Below are positions 48,963 to 59,115 of a DNA stretch of 64,000 nt, piece by piece. A program made the position numbers and the translations under genes. Origin of the DNA: an uncultured Chloroflexia bacterium (lineage in GTDB: Bacteria > Chloroflexota > Dehalococcoidia > UBA2979); NCBI GenBank assembly GCA_963728205.1, contig CAVSIV010000001.1, positions 1,056,001-1,120,000 of the forward strand, given 5' to 3'. The notes beneath the pieces were generated by a model. It worked only from the letters and a program-made list of their open reading frames with translations, did not search any database and was not told where the DNA came from. The number at the start of each line of letters is the position of its first letter. Within the stretch, counting starts at the first letter, position 1.

Positions 48963-50248
48963 CGCACCTGGATGCTGGCCTCGAGCGGCTCGGCCGCCCG
49001 CGCCGCGATGTCCGTCCGGTAGTGCGCGCCCTCGAACGAGATGCGGCGCACGTTGTCGTAGACCCGCTCGCGCGCCTCGTCGATGGTCGCGCCGCGCGCG
49101 ACCACGCACAGCACGCGGCCGCCCGCCGTCACGACCCGGTCGCCATCGCGCTTCGCGCCGGCGATGAAGACCTGCACGTCGTCGTCGACGGCGTCGATGC
49201 CCGTAATCGGCTTGCCCGTCTCGTACGCGCCCGGGTACCCGCCGGACGCCATCATCACGCCGACGGTCGCGACGTCCTCCCACTCGACGGGCACCTCCGC
49301 GAGGCGGCCGTCGGCGACGGCGTCGCAGATGGCGAGGAAGTCCGTGGTGAGCCTCGGCAGCAGCGCCTCGGTCTCGGGGTCGCCCAGGCGGCAGTTGAAC
49401 TCGACGACGCGCGGGCCGTCGGCGGTGATCATCATCCCGGGGTAGATCACGCCGCGGTACGGGCGTCCCGCGTCGCCCATCGCGCGCACGACGCGCTCGG
49501 TGACCTGCACGCGGATGCGCGTCGCGGTCGCGCCGTCGAGCCACGGCGGCGGCGAATACACGCCCATGCCCCCGGTGTTCGGGCCCCGGTCGCCGTCGAA
49601 GACCGGCTTGTGGTCGCAGGAGAACGGCATGTGCCGGATCGTCGTGCCGTCGGTGAACGCGAGCGCCGACGTCTCGCGGCCGAACATGCGCTCCTCGATC
49701 ACGACGCTGTTACCGGCGTCGCCGAACGCGCGCGCGATCATCGCGGCGTCGATCGCGGCGATCGCCTGGTCGACGTCGTCGCACACCGTCACGCCCTTGC
49801 CGGCCGCGAGCCCGTTCGCCTTGACCACCACCTGGTACCCGGCGCGTCGGACGTACTCCTTCGCGTCGTCGGGGTCGTCGAACGCGCGCGACTCGGAGGT
49901 CGCGATCCCGGCGTCCGCCATCAGCTGCTTCGCGAAGGTCTTCGAGCCCTCGAGCTCCGCGGCGGCGGCGTTCGGACCGAACGCGCGGAAGCCCTCCGCC
50001 TCGAGGCGGTCGACGACGCCCGCCGCGAGCGGGTCCTCGGGGCCGACAATCACGAGGTCCGCGCGGATGCGCCCGGCGAGCGCGACGACGCCGTCGAGGT
50101 CCGAGGCGTTGACGTGCACGTTCTCGCCGAAGTCGTGGGTGCCGGCGTTGCCTGGGGCGATCCAGAGTTTCGCGAGGTCGGGTGACTGCGCGAGCTTCCA
50201 CGCCATCGCGTGCTCGCGCGCCCCGCTGCCGAGGAGGAGGACGTTCAT
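48959..50248 (-). CDS. purD: Phosphoribosylamine-glycine ligase
   Basis: [47 protein letters not shown]. Confidence 0.97.
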   Translation of the reverse strand: MNVLLLGSGAREHAMAWKLAQSPDLAKLWIAPGNAGTHDFGENVHVNASDLDGVVALAGRIRADLVIVGPEDPLAAGVVDRLEAEGFRAFGPNAAAAELEGSKTFAKQLMADAGIATSESRAFDDPDDAKEYVRRAGYQVVVKANGLAAGKGVTVCDDVDQAIAAIDAAMIARAFGDAGNSVVIEERMFGRETSALAFTDGTTIRHMPFSCDHKPVFDGDRGPNTGGMGVYSPPPWLDGATATRIRVQVTERVVRAMGDAGRPYRGVIYPGMMITADGPRVVEFNCRLGDPETEALLPRLTTDFLAICDAVADGRLAEVPVEWEDVATVGVMMASGGYPGAYETGKPITGIDAVDDDVQVFIAGAKRDGDRVVTAGGRVLCVVARGATIDEARERVYDNVRRISFEGAHYRTDIAARAAEPLEASIQVR

Positions 50249-51960
50249 TCCCACTCGATGGTCCCCGGCGGCTTCGAGGTGATGTCGTACACAACGCGGT
50301 TCACCTCGGGCACCTCGTTCACGATGCGGCTCGAGATCGTCGCGAGCAGGTCGTAGGGGAGGCGCGCCCAGTCGGCGGTCATCGCGTCCTGCGCGGTCAC
50401 GAAGCGCAGCGCGACGCACGAGCCGTACGTCCGGAAGTCGCCCTGCACGCCGACGGTCTTGGTGTCGGTCAGCACCGCGAAGGACTGCCAGAGGTCGTAG
50501 TACACGTCGGCCCGCTTGATCTCGTCCATCACGATCCAGTCGGCGCGGCGCAGGATGTCGAGCTTGTCGCGCGTTACCTCGCCGATCACGCGGATCGCGA
50601 GGCCGGGCCCGGGGAATGGCTGGCGGTAGACCATCTCGTCGGGGAGGCCCAGTTCCTTGCCGACGCGCCGTACCTCGTCCTTGAACAGGTTGCGCAGCGG
50701 CTCGATCAGCGTGAGCTTCATGTCCTTCGGCAGGCCGCCGACGTTGTGGTGCGTCTTGATCTTCGCGGCCGCCGAGTTGCCGGTGGACGCCGACTCGATC
50801 ACGTCGGGGTAGGTCGTGCCCTGCGCGATGAAGTCGACCTGGCCGAGCGAGCGCGCTTCCGCCTCGAACACGCGGATGAACGTCTCGCCGATGCGCTTGC
50901 GCTTCGTCTCGGGGTTCGTGACCTCGGCGAGCTGCTCGAGGAAGCGGTCGGTCGAGTCGACGTGGCGCAGGTTGATCGCCATGTGTTCGCGGAAGGTGTT
51001 GACGACGCGTTCGGGCTCGCCGAGCCGGAGCAGGCCGTTGTCGACGAAGATGCACGTCAGCTGGTCGCCGACCGCGCGGTGCACGAGCGCGGCGGCCACC
51101 GCGGAGTCGACGCCGCCGGACAGAGCGCAGATCACGAGCCCGTCGCCGACGCTCCGGCGGATGTTCTCGACCGTCTCATCGATGAAGCTCGTGGCCGTCC
51201 AGTCGGGCGCGAGGCCGGCGACCTCGAAGAGGAAGTTCCGGATCAGCTGATCGCCCTGCGGCGTGTGCACGACCTCGGGGTGGAACTGGATGCCGAGGTG
51301 GCCCTGGTCGTCCGCCATCACCGCGATCGGCGCGTTCTGCGACTGGGCGACGACGCGGAAGCCGGGCGGCAGCGCCTCGATGCGGTCGCCGTGCGACATC
51401 CACACTGGCATCTCGTGCGGCAGATCGTGGAACAGCGGGTTCGCCGATTCCGCGACCTGGAGCATCGCGTGGCCGTACTCGCGGCTCTGCGCGGGCGCGA
51501 CACGGCCGCCGAGCACGTGGGTGAGCAGCTGCATGCCGTAGCAGATGCCGAGGACGGGGACGCCGGAGTTGATGACATAAGACGGGAGCGTGGGCGCGCC
51601 GTCCGTGTAGACGGAGGCGGGGCCGCCCGACAGCACGAAGGCGCGCACGTTGAGGTGGTTGAGCGCGCTGGCGGGGGCGTCCCAGGGAATCAGCTCGGAG
51701 TACACGTTCGCCTCGCGGATGCGGCGGGCGATCAGCATTGAGAACTGCGAGCCGTAATCGAGCACGACGACGGCGTTGGGCGCGTTCGGGGCGGGGGTGA
51801 GGACCTGGCCGGGCTCGCGACGCTCGGCAATCTCGAGGTAGGTCGAGACCTCGTTGTCGCCGGAGGTACGGACGCGCGCGGCTTCGCTCTCGATGCTCGG
51901 CGGGGAAGCGTCCACTTGCGCCCTGCCCGCGGAGGGGAGGACGTCGGGCGAGTCGACCAT
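50245..51960 (-). CDS. guaA: GMP synthase (glutamine-hydrolysing)
   Basis: [42 protein letters not shown]. Confidence 0.98.
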   Translation of the reverse strand: MVDSPDVLPSAGRAQVDASPPSIESEAARVRTSGDNEVSTYLEIAERREPGQVLTPAPNAPNAVVVLDYGSQFSMLIARRIREANVYSELIPWDAPASALNHLNVRAFVLSGGPASVYTDGAPTLPSYVINSGVPVLGICYGMQLLTHVLGGRVAPAQSREYGHAMLQVAESANPLFHDLPHEMPVWMSHGDRIEALPPGFRVVAQSQNAPIAVMADDQGHLGIQFHPEVVHTPQGDQLIRNFLFEVAGLAPDWTATSFIDETVENIRRSVGDGLVICALSGGVDSAVAAALVHRAVGDQLTCIFVDNGLLRLGEPERVVNTFREHMAINLRHVDSTDRFLEQLAEVTNPETKRKRIGETFIRVFEAEARSLGQVDFIAQGTTYPDVIESASTGNSAAAKIKTHHNVGGLPKDMKLTLIEPLRNLFKDEVRRVGKELGLPDEMVYRQPFPGPGLAIRVIGEVTRDKLDILRRADWIVMDEIKRADVYYDLWQSFAVLTDTKTVGVQGDFRTYGSCVALRFVTAQDAMTADWARLPYDLLATISSRIVNEVPEVNRVVYDITSKPPGTIEWE

Positions 51961-52001
51961 GTCGCTGCCTGATCCGGGGAGTGATGCGCCGCTAGGTGGG
52001 C

Positions 52002-52030
52002 ATCGTATCGGCGGCTATAGTGGCGGTCAA
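52002..52030 (-). promoter_or_regulatory. guaA-purD promoter
   Basis: Minus strand TTGACC - 17 nt - TACGAT. Confidence 0.7.
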
Positions 52031-52089
52031 CGCGAACGGCCGAAACGGAGCAGGTACGTGATCGAATTGCGCCGGGCGGGCGCACGCTG

Positions 52090-52692
52090 ATGCCGATCGT
52101 GGGCCCGGACCGCATCGACGAGGTGGTCGCGAAGCTGCTCGACGGCGGCGTGGCCGCCATCCCCACCGACACCGTGTACGGCGTAGCCGCGCTCCCCACG
52201 CGGGCCGACGCCGTGCGCGCGCTGGCGCACCTCAAGGGGCGCGACGAGCAGCAACCGGTCGCCGTGCTGTTCGACTCCGGCGGCGCGCTCGCGCCGTTCC
52301 TCGAGGACGCCGAGGCGCTCGACCGCGTCATGCGCTTCTGGCCGGGCGCGCTGACGGCGATCGTGCGCGCGCGGGTCGACGGCGGCCTCGCGCCGGCGGT
52401 CGCGACGGAGGCGGGGACGATCGGCGTGCGCAAGCCGGACGACCAGGTCGCGCGCCTCGTGATCCGCTCCTGCGGCGGGCTGCTGGCAGTGACGAGCGCC
52501 AACCGCCACGGCGCCGCGCCGGCGACGTCGGCGGAGGAGGTGGCCGCGATCTTCGGCCCGGAGCTGCTCGTGCTCGACGGCGGGCCGCGGCCGGGCGGCA
52601 CGGCGTCGACGGTGGTCGACATCAGCGTCGACCCGCCGCGCATCCTCCGCGAGGGCCCGATCACGGCGGAAGAGCTGGGGATTGAACCGTAG
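52090..52692 (+). CDS. tsaC: Threonylcarbamoyl-AMP synthase (YrdC/Sua5)
   Basis: PTDTVYG, LKGR, FWPGALT, TSAN, STVVD, LREG. Confidence 0.92.
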   Translation: MPIVGPDRIDEVVAKLLDGGVAAIPTDTVYGVAALPTRADAVRALAHLKGRDEQQPVAVLFDSGGALAPFLEDAEALDRVMRFWPGALTAIVRARVDGGLAPAVATEAGTIGVRKPDDQVARLVIRSCGGLLAVTSANRHGAAPATSAEEVAAIFGPELLVLDGGPRPGGTASTVVDISVDPPRILREGPITAEELGIEP

Positions 52693-52761
52693 GGACGACG
52701 ACCGGCCAGTGACGGCCCGTCGCCGGACCGACGGCGAGCGGAGGGCGTGCCGCCCTCCGAC

Positions 52762-53319
52762 TCAATCCACGCTGATCAACCACCCCCGGTCGAGGCTGGG
52801 CGCATGCCAGGTCTTCAGTGGTTCGTGCTGGGAGAGAACGTACCGAATGCCCGCGATGAGATGCTCCTCACCTCGGAGCACGCGCCGCGATCCTGATTGC
52901 GTCCACCAACGCCCGTTCGGAGGACGTGCCGTGGCCGCATTGAGCGCCCTGCTGCTGTAGCTCTTGAAGTCGCGCAGGAGCGTCGCGGGATCCGGATCAC
53001 CTTGGACGCCAACCACCAGGTGGACGTGGTTGCGCATGATCGCGACCGCGATCAGCTCCCACCCGCGGATGCCCGCTGTGATCTGGAACTGGCGCAGGGT
53101 GATCATGGCGTCGCGGCGACTGAGCCAGATCGGCGGCGCCTTCATTCGCGCGCGGGAGGCTCGCTCGAGCCTGGGCGCCGCGTCTCGCATCGGCGTCCCC
53201 GGAACGTTCAGCCATTCCTGTCGGCCGTCGGCGTCGCGTGAGCGCCCGATGAACCCCCGCTCGTCGCCGGGGAGCCACGTGCCGTACGTCGTCCAGGTGA
53301 GGAGCCAGTAGCGATCCAC
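52762..53319 (-). CDS. REP-associated HUH tyrosine transposase (RAYT / TnpA-REP-like)
   Basis: WLLTWTTYGTWLPGDERG, HUH motif IMRNHVHLVV, FKSYSSR, WWTQ, IRYV; GTG start 6 nt after -10 TACCTT. Confidence 0.85.
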   Translation of the reverse strand: MDRYWLLTWTTYGTWLPGDERGFIGRSRDADGRQEWLNVPGTPMRDAAPRLERASRARMKAPPIWLSRRDAMITLRQFQITAGIRGWELIAVAIMRNHVHLVVGVQGDPDPATLLRDFKSYSSRALNAATARPPNGRWWTQSGSRRVLRGEEHLIAGIRYVLSQHEPLKTWHAPSLDRGWLISVD

Positions 53320-53368
53320 GGACGGAAGGTAGGTCGCGCGTCTGCACGAGCAATCAGGTACCCGTGGG

Positions 53369-53451
53369 TCTGCGGGTGGCCCGGGCAGAGTCTGCGGGTG
53401 GGCCGGGTCAGAGGTTGCGGGTGCAGAGGTTGCAGGTGGTCCGGGGCAGAG
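53369..53451 (+). repeat. Degenerate 22-23-bp tandem repeat (4 units, one shortened)
   Basis: TCTGCGGGTGGCCCGGGCAGAG / TCTGCGGGTGGGCCGGGTCAGAG / GTTGCGGGTGCAGAG / GTTGCAGGTGGTCCGGGGCAGAG. Confidence 0.75.
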
Positions 53452-53573
53452 TCGGAAGGCGACACGCCTTCCGCTCGCCGTCGGCGGGGAGAGGGCGGCC
53501 GGTCGCGCGCCCGTGTCCGGCACGTCGGGTACGATGCCGCCGTCACCCACCGACTCCCCGCCGGAGGACACGC

Positions 53574-54080
53574 ATGCGCATCGCGATCGGGAGCGATCAC
53601 GCCGGATTCGCCCTCAAGCAGCTCCTGGTCGAGGAGCTGCGCGCCCTCGGCGACGACGTCGCCGATTACGGCACGCACTCCGAGGAGTCGTGCGATTACC
53701 CGGACATCGCCATCCCGCTCGCGCGCGACGTCGCGGCCGGCGGGTTGGACTTCGGCGTGCTGATCTGTTCGAACGGCGTCGGCCCGTCGATCGTCGCGAA
53801 CAAGCAGCACGGCATCCGCGCCGCGCTCTGCCACGACGTCTTCTCGGCGCGGCGCGCGCGCGAGCACACCGATGCGAACGTGCTCTGCATGGGCGCGTGG
53901 GCCATCGGTCGCGGCGCGGCCTCCGAGGTGCTGCGGGCGTTCCGCGCGGCCGCCTTCGAGGGCGGCCGCCACGAGCGGCGGCTCGGCAAGCTCCGCGCGT
54001 TCGATGACGCCACCCGCGGCGACGTGTCCGCGCCCGTGCCCGCGGCGAGCCATGCCGCCCCCGCCGCCGTCGAGGCGTGA
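53574..54080 (+). CDS. rpiB: Ribose-5-phosphate isomerase B
   Basis: IAIGSDHAG, DYPD, ICSNGVG, ANK, FEGGRH; SD GGAGG. Confidence 0.92.
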   Translation: MRIAIGSDHAGFALKQLLVEELRALGDDVADYGTHSEESCDYPDIAIPLARDVAAGGLDFGVLICSNGVGPSIVANKQHGIRAALCHDVFSARRAREHTDANVLCMGAWAIGRGAASEVLRAFRAAAFEGGRHERRLGKLRAFDDATRGDVSAPVPAASHAAPAAVEA

Positions 54081-56524
54081 GCATGTTGCGCGGCGCGCCC
54101 CCGGCGGGCGGCGCGTCCGCGCGCGCGGCCCGCGCCGTCTCCGATCTCGTGCGCGCCACGCGTGCCGGTGCCGACGTCGCCCGCGCCGCGCGCATCGCGA
54201 TCACCCACGGCGCGCATCCGCACGTCGCCGGCCGCCTGCGCGTCCACGGCCTCGACGCGCCCGTCGAGGTGTTGCGCGACCGCTTCGGCGTCCCGCACGT
54301 CTTTGCGCGCAGCGATGCCGACGCGCTCTTCGGCCAGGGCTTCGTGCACGCGCAGGACCGGCTGTTCCAGATGGACTCGATGCGTCGCCTCGCCGCGGGC
54401 ACGCTGGCGGCAGCGGCCGGCCGGGCGCTGCTCGAGAGCGATCGCTTCATGCGCCGGCTGGGGCTCGCACACCGCGCGGAGGCGGATATCGCCGCCGCAG
54501 CGCCGCCCGCGCGTGCGCTGCTCGAGGCCTACGCCGCCGGCGTGAACGCCGGCGTGGCCACGCTTCCGTCGCTGCCCCCGGAGTTCGCGCTGCTCGGCGA
54601 CCCCGCGCCGTGGCTGCCCGCGGACAGCATGCTCGTCGGGCGGCTCGTCACCTTCGGCTTCGCCGGCAACTGGGACACGGAGCTGCTCCGCGAGCGCTTG
54701 CTGCGCACGCTCGGCGCGCGCCGAGCCGCCGCGGTCGACCCCGCCTACCCAGCGGGCCGCGCCACCCACGTCGGCGCGCCGTCGCGCAGCGGCGTCGACC
54801 GCCTGCTCGCGGCGTATGAGGCCGCCGTCGCGGCCGGCCTGCCGGCGGGCGGCGCGTCGAACGCGTGGGCCGTGGCCGGCGCCCGCACGACCTCCGGCGC
54901 CCCATTGCTCGCCGGCGACCCGCACCTCGAGACACGCCTCCCCGGGCTCTTCCACGTCTCGCACATCGCGGGGGGCGCCATCGACGCGGCCGGCGCGGAC
55001 ATCGCGGGCGTCTGCGGGATCGCGCTCGGCCACAATCGCTCGCTCGCCTGGAGCATCACCGCCGGCATGGCCGACGTCTCCGACTGCTACGTGGAGACCC
55101 TCGACCCCGATGACCCCGAACGCTACCTCGCGCCCGACGGCTGGCGGCGCGGCGAGGTGCGCGTCGAGCGCATCGGCGTGCGCGGCGCGGCGCCGGTCGA
55201 GGAGCGCGTGCTCGTGACGCGCCACGGCCCCGTCGTCGGCCCGGCGCTCGCCGGCGAGGACCGCGCCGTCGCGCTGCGGTCGACCGCGCTCGAGGCCGGC
55301 GACATCCTCGCGCCGTTCCTCGACGCCTGGCGCGCCGAGCGGGTCGAGGACTTCGCGGCGGCGCTCGACCGCTGGCCGGGCGCGACGTTCAACTGGGTCT
55401 TCGCGCATCGCGACGGGCACATCGGCTACCGGCTCGCCGGCGCCGTGCCGCGCCGGCCGCGCGGCGCCGGGCTGCTCCCGCAGGACGGCGCCACCTCGCC
55501 CGGCCCGCCGCCGGCGCTGCCGGCCGACGCGCTGCCGCGACGCCTCGACCCCGCGGACGGAATCGTCGTCTCCGCCAACCACGACCCGGGTGGCGACGCC
55601 GTCGCCGACGTCGAGCTCGGCGCCGAGTGGTGCGAGCCGTGGCGCGCCGAGCGCATCCGCTCGCTGGTCGAGGCCCGCGCGCGCCACGACGTCGACTCCT
55701 TCGCCGCCATCCAGCGCGACCTCTTCTCCGGCCCGCTCGTCGCCCTGCGCGACCGCCTGCTGGCGCGCGACGCCGTGGCCGATCCGGCCGTGCGCGCGCT
55801 GCTCTCGGCGTGGGACGGTCAGCTCGGCGCCGACAGCGCGGCGGCGGCGGTGCTCGAGACGGTCATCGCGGCGCTGGCGCGCGACCTCGCCACGCGGCTC
55901 GCGGGGCCGGAGGCGGACATCGTGCTCGGACGCGGCATCGGCGGGCTCGCGCCGCAGTCCTCGTTCCACTACCGGCTGCAGGGGTGGGTGCTCGATCGCC
56001 TCGACGATCCGGCCGGCGGCGGATGGGCCTCGGCGGGGCGCGCGGTGGCGGCCGGCGGCGACCCCGCGGTCGCGCGCGACCGCGCGCTGCGCGCCGCCGT
56101 CGATCACGCCATCGAGCAGCTCGAGCAGCGCCTGGGCGCCGACCGCGCGCGATGGGCGTGGGGCGACCTCCATTCGCTGCACCTCGACCACGCGCTGCGC
56201 GCGGTGCCGGGCATCGGCCGCTGGTTCTCGCGCGGGCCGCGGCCGGTCGGCGGGGACGTCAACACGGTGTGCCAGGGCGGCTACAGCCTCGCGGCCGGGG
56301 CCGACGCCGGCGGCTTCACGCCGGCGTACCGGCAGGTCGTCGACCTCGGCGACCTCGACCGCTCGCGCTTCATGCTGCCGACCGGGAACTCGGGCATCCC
56401 CGGCCACCCGCGCTACGACGACTGCATCGACGAGTACCTGGCAGGCCGCACGCGCCCGCTGCTCTTCACGCGCGCCGCGGTCGAGGGCGTGGTCGAGCAC
56501 GCGCTGCTGCTGGAGCCGGCGTGA
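54077..56524 (+). CDS. Penicillin acylase family Ntn-hydrolase
   Basis: RDRFGVPH, HAQDRLFQMD, catalytic GASNAW, DPHL, TRHGP, GNSG..HPRYDD. Confidence 0.92.
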   Translation: MSMLRGAPPAGGASARAARAVSDLVRATRAGADVARAARIAITHGAHPHVAGRLRVHGLDAPVEVLRDRFGVPHVFARSDADALFGQGFVHAQDRLFQMDSMRRLAAGTLAAAAGRALLESDRFMRRLGLAHRAEADIAAAAPPARALLEAYAAGVNAGVATLPSLPPEFALLGDPAPWLPADSMLVGRLVTFGFAGNWDTELLRERLLRTLGARRAAAVDPAYPAGRATHVGAPSRSGVDRLLAAYEAAVAAGLPAGGASNAWAVAGARTTSGAPLLAGDPHLETRLPGLFHVSHIAGGAIDAAGADIAGVCGIALGHNRSLAWSITAGMADVSDCYVETLDPDDPERYLAPDGWRRGEVRVERIGVRGAAPVEERVLVTRHGPVVGPALAGEDRAVALRSTALEAGDILAPFLDAWRAERVEDFAAALDRWPGATFNWVFAHRDGHIGYRLAGAVPRRPRGAGLLPQDGATSPGPPPALPADALPRRLDPADGIVVSANHDPGGDAVADVELGAEWCEPWRAERIRSLVEARARHDVDSFAAIQRDLFSGPLVALRDRLLARDAVADPAVRALLSAWDGQLGADSAAAAVLETVIAALARDLATRLAGPEADIVLGRGIGGLAPQSSFHYRLQGWVLDRLDDPAGGGWASAGRAVAAGGDPAVARDRALRAAVDHAIEQLEQRLGADRARWAWGDLHSLHLDHALRAVPGIGRWFSRGPRPVGGDVNTVCQGGYSLAAGADAGGFTPAYRQVVDLGDLDRSRFMLPTGNSGIPGHPRYDDCIDEYLAGRTRPLLFTRAAVEGVVEHALLLEPA

Positions 56525-56588
56525 GCGCGCGCCCGACCCGGCGCCCGCGGCGAGCGCCGTCCGCGCGGCGAGGCGAGGAGGCGACGGC

Positions 56589-57659
56589 ATGAGCACGAAC
56601 GACGAGCGCCGTCCGGCGCGCGACGCCGACGGTAGCGAGGATCTCGCGGCGCGCGGCGCCCGCTACCGCCCCGCCGTCGTCGCCGAGATGCGCGCGATCG
56701 TCGGGGACCGCCCGGACGCGCTGTTCGCGTGGATGCGCTACCACCTCGGCTGGGAGGACGCCGACGGCCGCGCGGTCCCGCGCGCCGGCGGGAAGATGAT
56801 GCGGCCCGTCGCGTTGCTGCTCGCGCACGAGCTGTGCGGCGGCGCCGTCGACACCGCGCTGCCGGCCGCCGCGGCCGTTGAGCTCGTCCACAACTTCTCG
56901 TTGCTGCACGACGACGTCGAGGACATGAGCGAGACGCGCCACGGCCGCCCCACGCTGTGGACGTTCGCCGGCGTGCCCCAGGCGATCAACACCGGCGACG
57001 GCATGTTCACCGTCGCCCGGCTCGCGATGTTCCGCCTGCTCGACCGCGGCGTGCCGGCCGAGCGCGTGCTCGCCGCGATGCGCGAGCTGGACGCGACCTG
57101 CCTGCGGCTCGTGCACGGCCAGTCGCTCGACATCGACTTCGAGCGCCGCCACGAGGTGTCGCGCGCGGAGTACCTGGAGATGACGGCCGGCAAGACGGCC
57201 GCGATGTTCTCGGCGCCGTTCGCGCTCGGCGCGATCCTGGCCGGCGCGGCCACCGACCGCGTCGAGGCGTTCCGTCGCTTCGGCCACCACGTCGGGCTCG
57301 CGTTCCAGGCCGTCGACGACGTGCTCGGCATCTGGGGCGACCCCGCGGTGACGGGGAAGCCCGTGGGCGACGACCTGCGCCAGCGCAAGATGACGCTTCC
57401 GGTGATCGCGGCGCTCGCGGCCGGCGACGAGGCCGCCGCGCGCATCGCCGCGGTCTACGCCGGGCCCGGCGGGATGGACGACGACGTGCGCACGCTCGCC
57501 GCGCTCGTGGAGTCGGCTGGCGGCCGCGCCGCCACCGAGGCGCTCGCGCGCGAGGAGATGGCGGCGGCGGTGGGCGCCCTGCGCGACTCCGGGGTGTCGG
57601 GGGCGGACCTGCGGCTCTGCGAGGAGTTTGCAGGGTTGGCGGTGGGTCGCGTTGCCTGA
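56589..57659 (+). CDS. Polyprenyl diphosphate synthase (GGPP synthase-like)
   Basis: GGKMMRP, FSLLHDDVED, GQSLD, KTA, FQAVDD, DDLRQRK. Confidence 0.92.
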   Translation: MSTNDERRPARDADGSEDLAARGARYRPAVVAEMRAIVGDRPDALFAWMRYHLGWEDADGRAVPRAGGKMMRPVALLLAHELCGGAVDTALPAAAAVELVHNFSLLHDDVEDMSETRHGRPTLWTFAGVPQAINTGDGMFTVARLAMFRLLDRGVPAERVLAAMRELDATCLRLVHGQSLDIDFERRHEVSRAEYLEMTAGKTAAMFSAPFALGAILAGAATDRVEAFRRFGHHVGLAFQAVDDVLGIWGDPAVTGKPVGDDLRQRKMTLPVIAALAAGDEAAARIAAVYAGPGGMDDDVRTLAALVESAGGRAATEALAREEMAAAVGALRDSGVSGADLRLCEEFAGLAVGRVA

Positions 57660-57905
57660 TTGCAGGGGCGCGCTGCGTAGCCTCCTCCGAGACTCGCGTG
57701 CGGTCGTCCGGGGTGGCCCTCCCGGCGGCCGCCGCGCGTTGCCTGCCGCGGGGCGCGCGCCTATCATCACGCCCGCCCGGCTCGCGCGCCCGGCCGCGAT
57801 CGATCGCGTCCGCGGGGCAAAACGGCCGGCATCTGCGCGAGCGACGCCCCTGCCCGCGACGCTGGATCGAACCAACGACTCACGGACTGACCGGTGGCGG
57901 TGCCC

Positions 57906-59108
57906 ATGAAGAAGCAGACGATTCGCGACGTCGACGTCCGGGGCAAGCGCGTCCTGGTGCGCGTCGACTACAACGTGCAGTTCCTCGACGGCGAGCTGCT
58001 CGACGACCATCGTCTCAAGGAATCCGTCCCCACCATCGAGACCCTCTGCTCCGCCGGCGCGAAGGTCATCCTGTGCTCGCACCGCGGCCGCCCCGGCGGC
58101 GAGCGCGTCGCCGAGCTGAGCAACGAACCCGTGGCGCAGCACCTCTCGATGCTCGCCGGCCGCCCGGTCGCGTTCGTGAGCGAGTGCATCGGCCCGAAGG
58201 CCGAGGCCGCCGTCGCCGAGATGGCGGACGGCGACGTCCTCCTGCTGGAGAACCTGCGGTTCCACCAGGAGGAGGAGGCGAATGACGACGGGTTCGCGCA
58301 GCAGCTCGCGAAGCTCGCCGACATCTACGTCGACGACGCCTTCGGCACCGCGCACCGCGCGCACGCGTCAATCGTCGGCGTGCCGAAGCACATCCCCGGC
58401 GTCGCCGGCCTGCTGCTCGAGCGCGAGGTGGACTACCTCTCGGAGAAGACGCAGCACCCGGAGCGGCCGTTCGCGCTGGTGCTCGGCGGGGCGAAGGTTG
58501 CCGACAAGATCGGCATCCTCCAGCACCTCTCGAAGAACGCCGACGTCGTGCTGATCGGCGGCGGCGTCGCGAACACGTTCCTCAAGGCGCAGGGCATCGA
58601 CGTCGCGGCCTCGCTCGTCGAGAACGACCGCATCGACACCGCCATCGAGGTGATGCGCAACGCCGCGAAGAACGGCATGCGCCTCGTGCTCCCGCGCGAC
58701 GTCGTCATCGCGGACGCCCAGGGCGACAACGTGCGCACGGTCTCCGTGAACCGCGTGCCGCCGGGCTTCCGCATCCTCGACGTCGGCGAGAACACGCTCG
58801 ACGACTTCCGCGCGGTGCTGCAGGAGGCGCGGACGGTCGTGTGGAACGGTCCGCTCGGCTTCTTCGAACGTGAGCCGTTCGACCACGGGTCGCTGGAGCT
58901 CGCGCACATGCTCGGCGCGATCAAGGCGACGACGATCGTCGGCGGCGGCGAGACCGCCGCGGCGGTGGCCCGCGCCGGCATGAGCGGCGAGGTCTCGCAC
59001 GTGTCGACGGGCGGCGGCGCCTCGCTCGCGATGCTGCAGGGTGAGACGCTGCCGGGCGTGGCGATCCTGATGGACGTCGCCGAACCCGCCGCCGCCCCGA
59101 AGCGATAA
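57906..59108 (+). CDS. pgk: Phosphoglycerate kinase
   Basis: RVDYNV, SHRGRP, LLENLRF, DAFGTAHRAH, WNGPLG, STGGGAS. Confidence 0.97.
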   Translation: MKKQTIRDVDVRGKRVLVRVDYNVQFLDGELLDDHRLKESVPTIETLCSAGAKVILCSHRGRPGGERVAELSNEPVAQHLSMLAGRPVAFVSECIGPKAEAAVAEMADGDVLLLENLRFHQEEEANDDGFAQQLAKLADIYVDDAFGTAHRAHASIVGVPKHIPGVAGLLLEREVDYLSEKTQHPERPFALVLGGAKVADKIGILQHLSKNADVVLIGGGVANTFLKAQGIDVAASLVENDRIDTAIEVMRNAAKNGMRLVLPRDVVIADAQGDNVRTVSVNRVPPGFRILDVGENTLDDFRAVLQEARTVVWNGPLGFFEREPFDHGSLELAHMLGAIKATTIVGGGETAAAVARAGMSGEVSHVSTGGGASLAMLQGETLPGVAILMDVAEPAAAPKR

Positions 59109-59115
59109 GGCCACG

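Larger units (their letters stand above)
52728..53484. mobile_element. REP-flanked RAYT element
   Basis: 36-bp inverted termini 52728-52763 and 53449-53484 (3 differences), each an internal hairpin, enclosing an HUH transposase gene. Confidence 0.85.

Noticed and set aside
52762-53571. IS200/IS605 element with TnpB and omega RNA; 269-aa start at 53571
   Set aside because: There is no tnpB and the ends are inverted REP copies; the upstream extension runs through the REP and tandem repeats, so GTG 53319 is preferred
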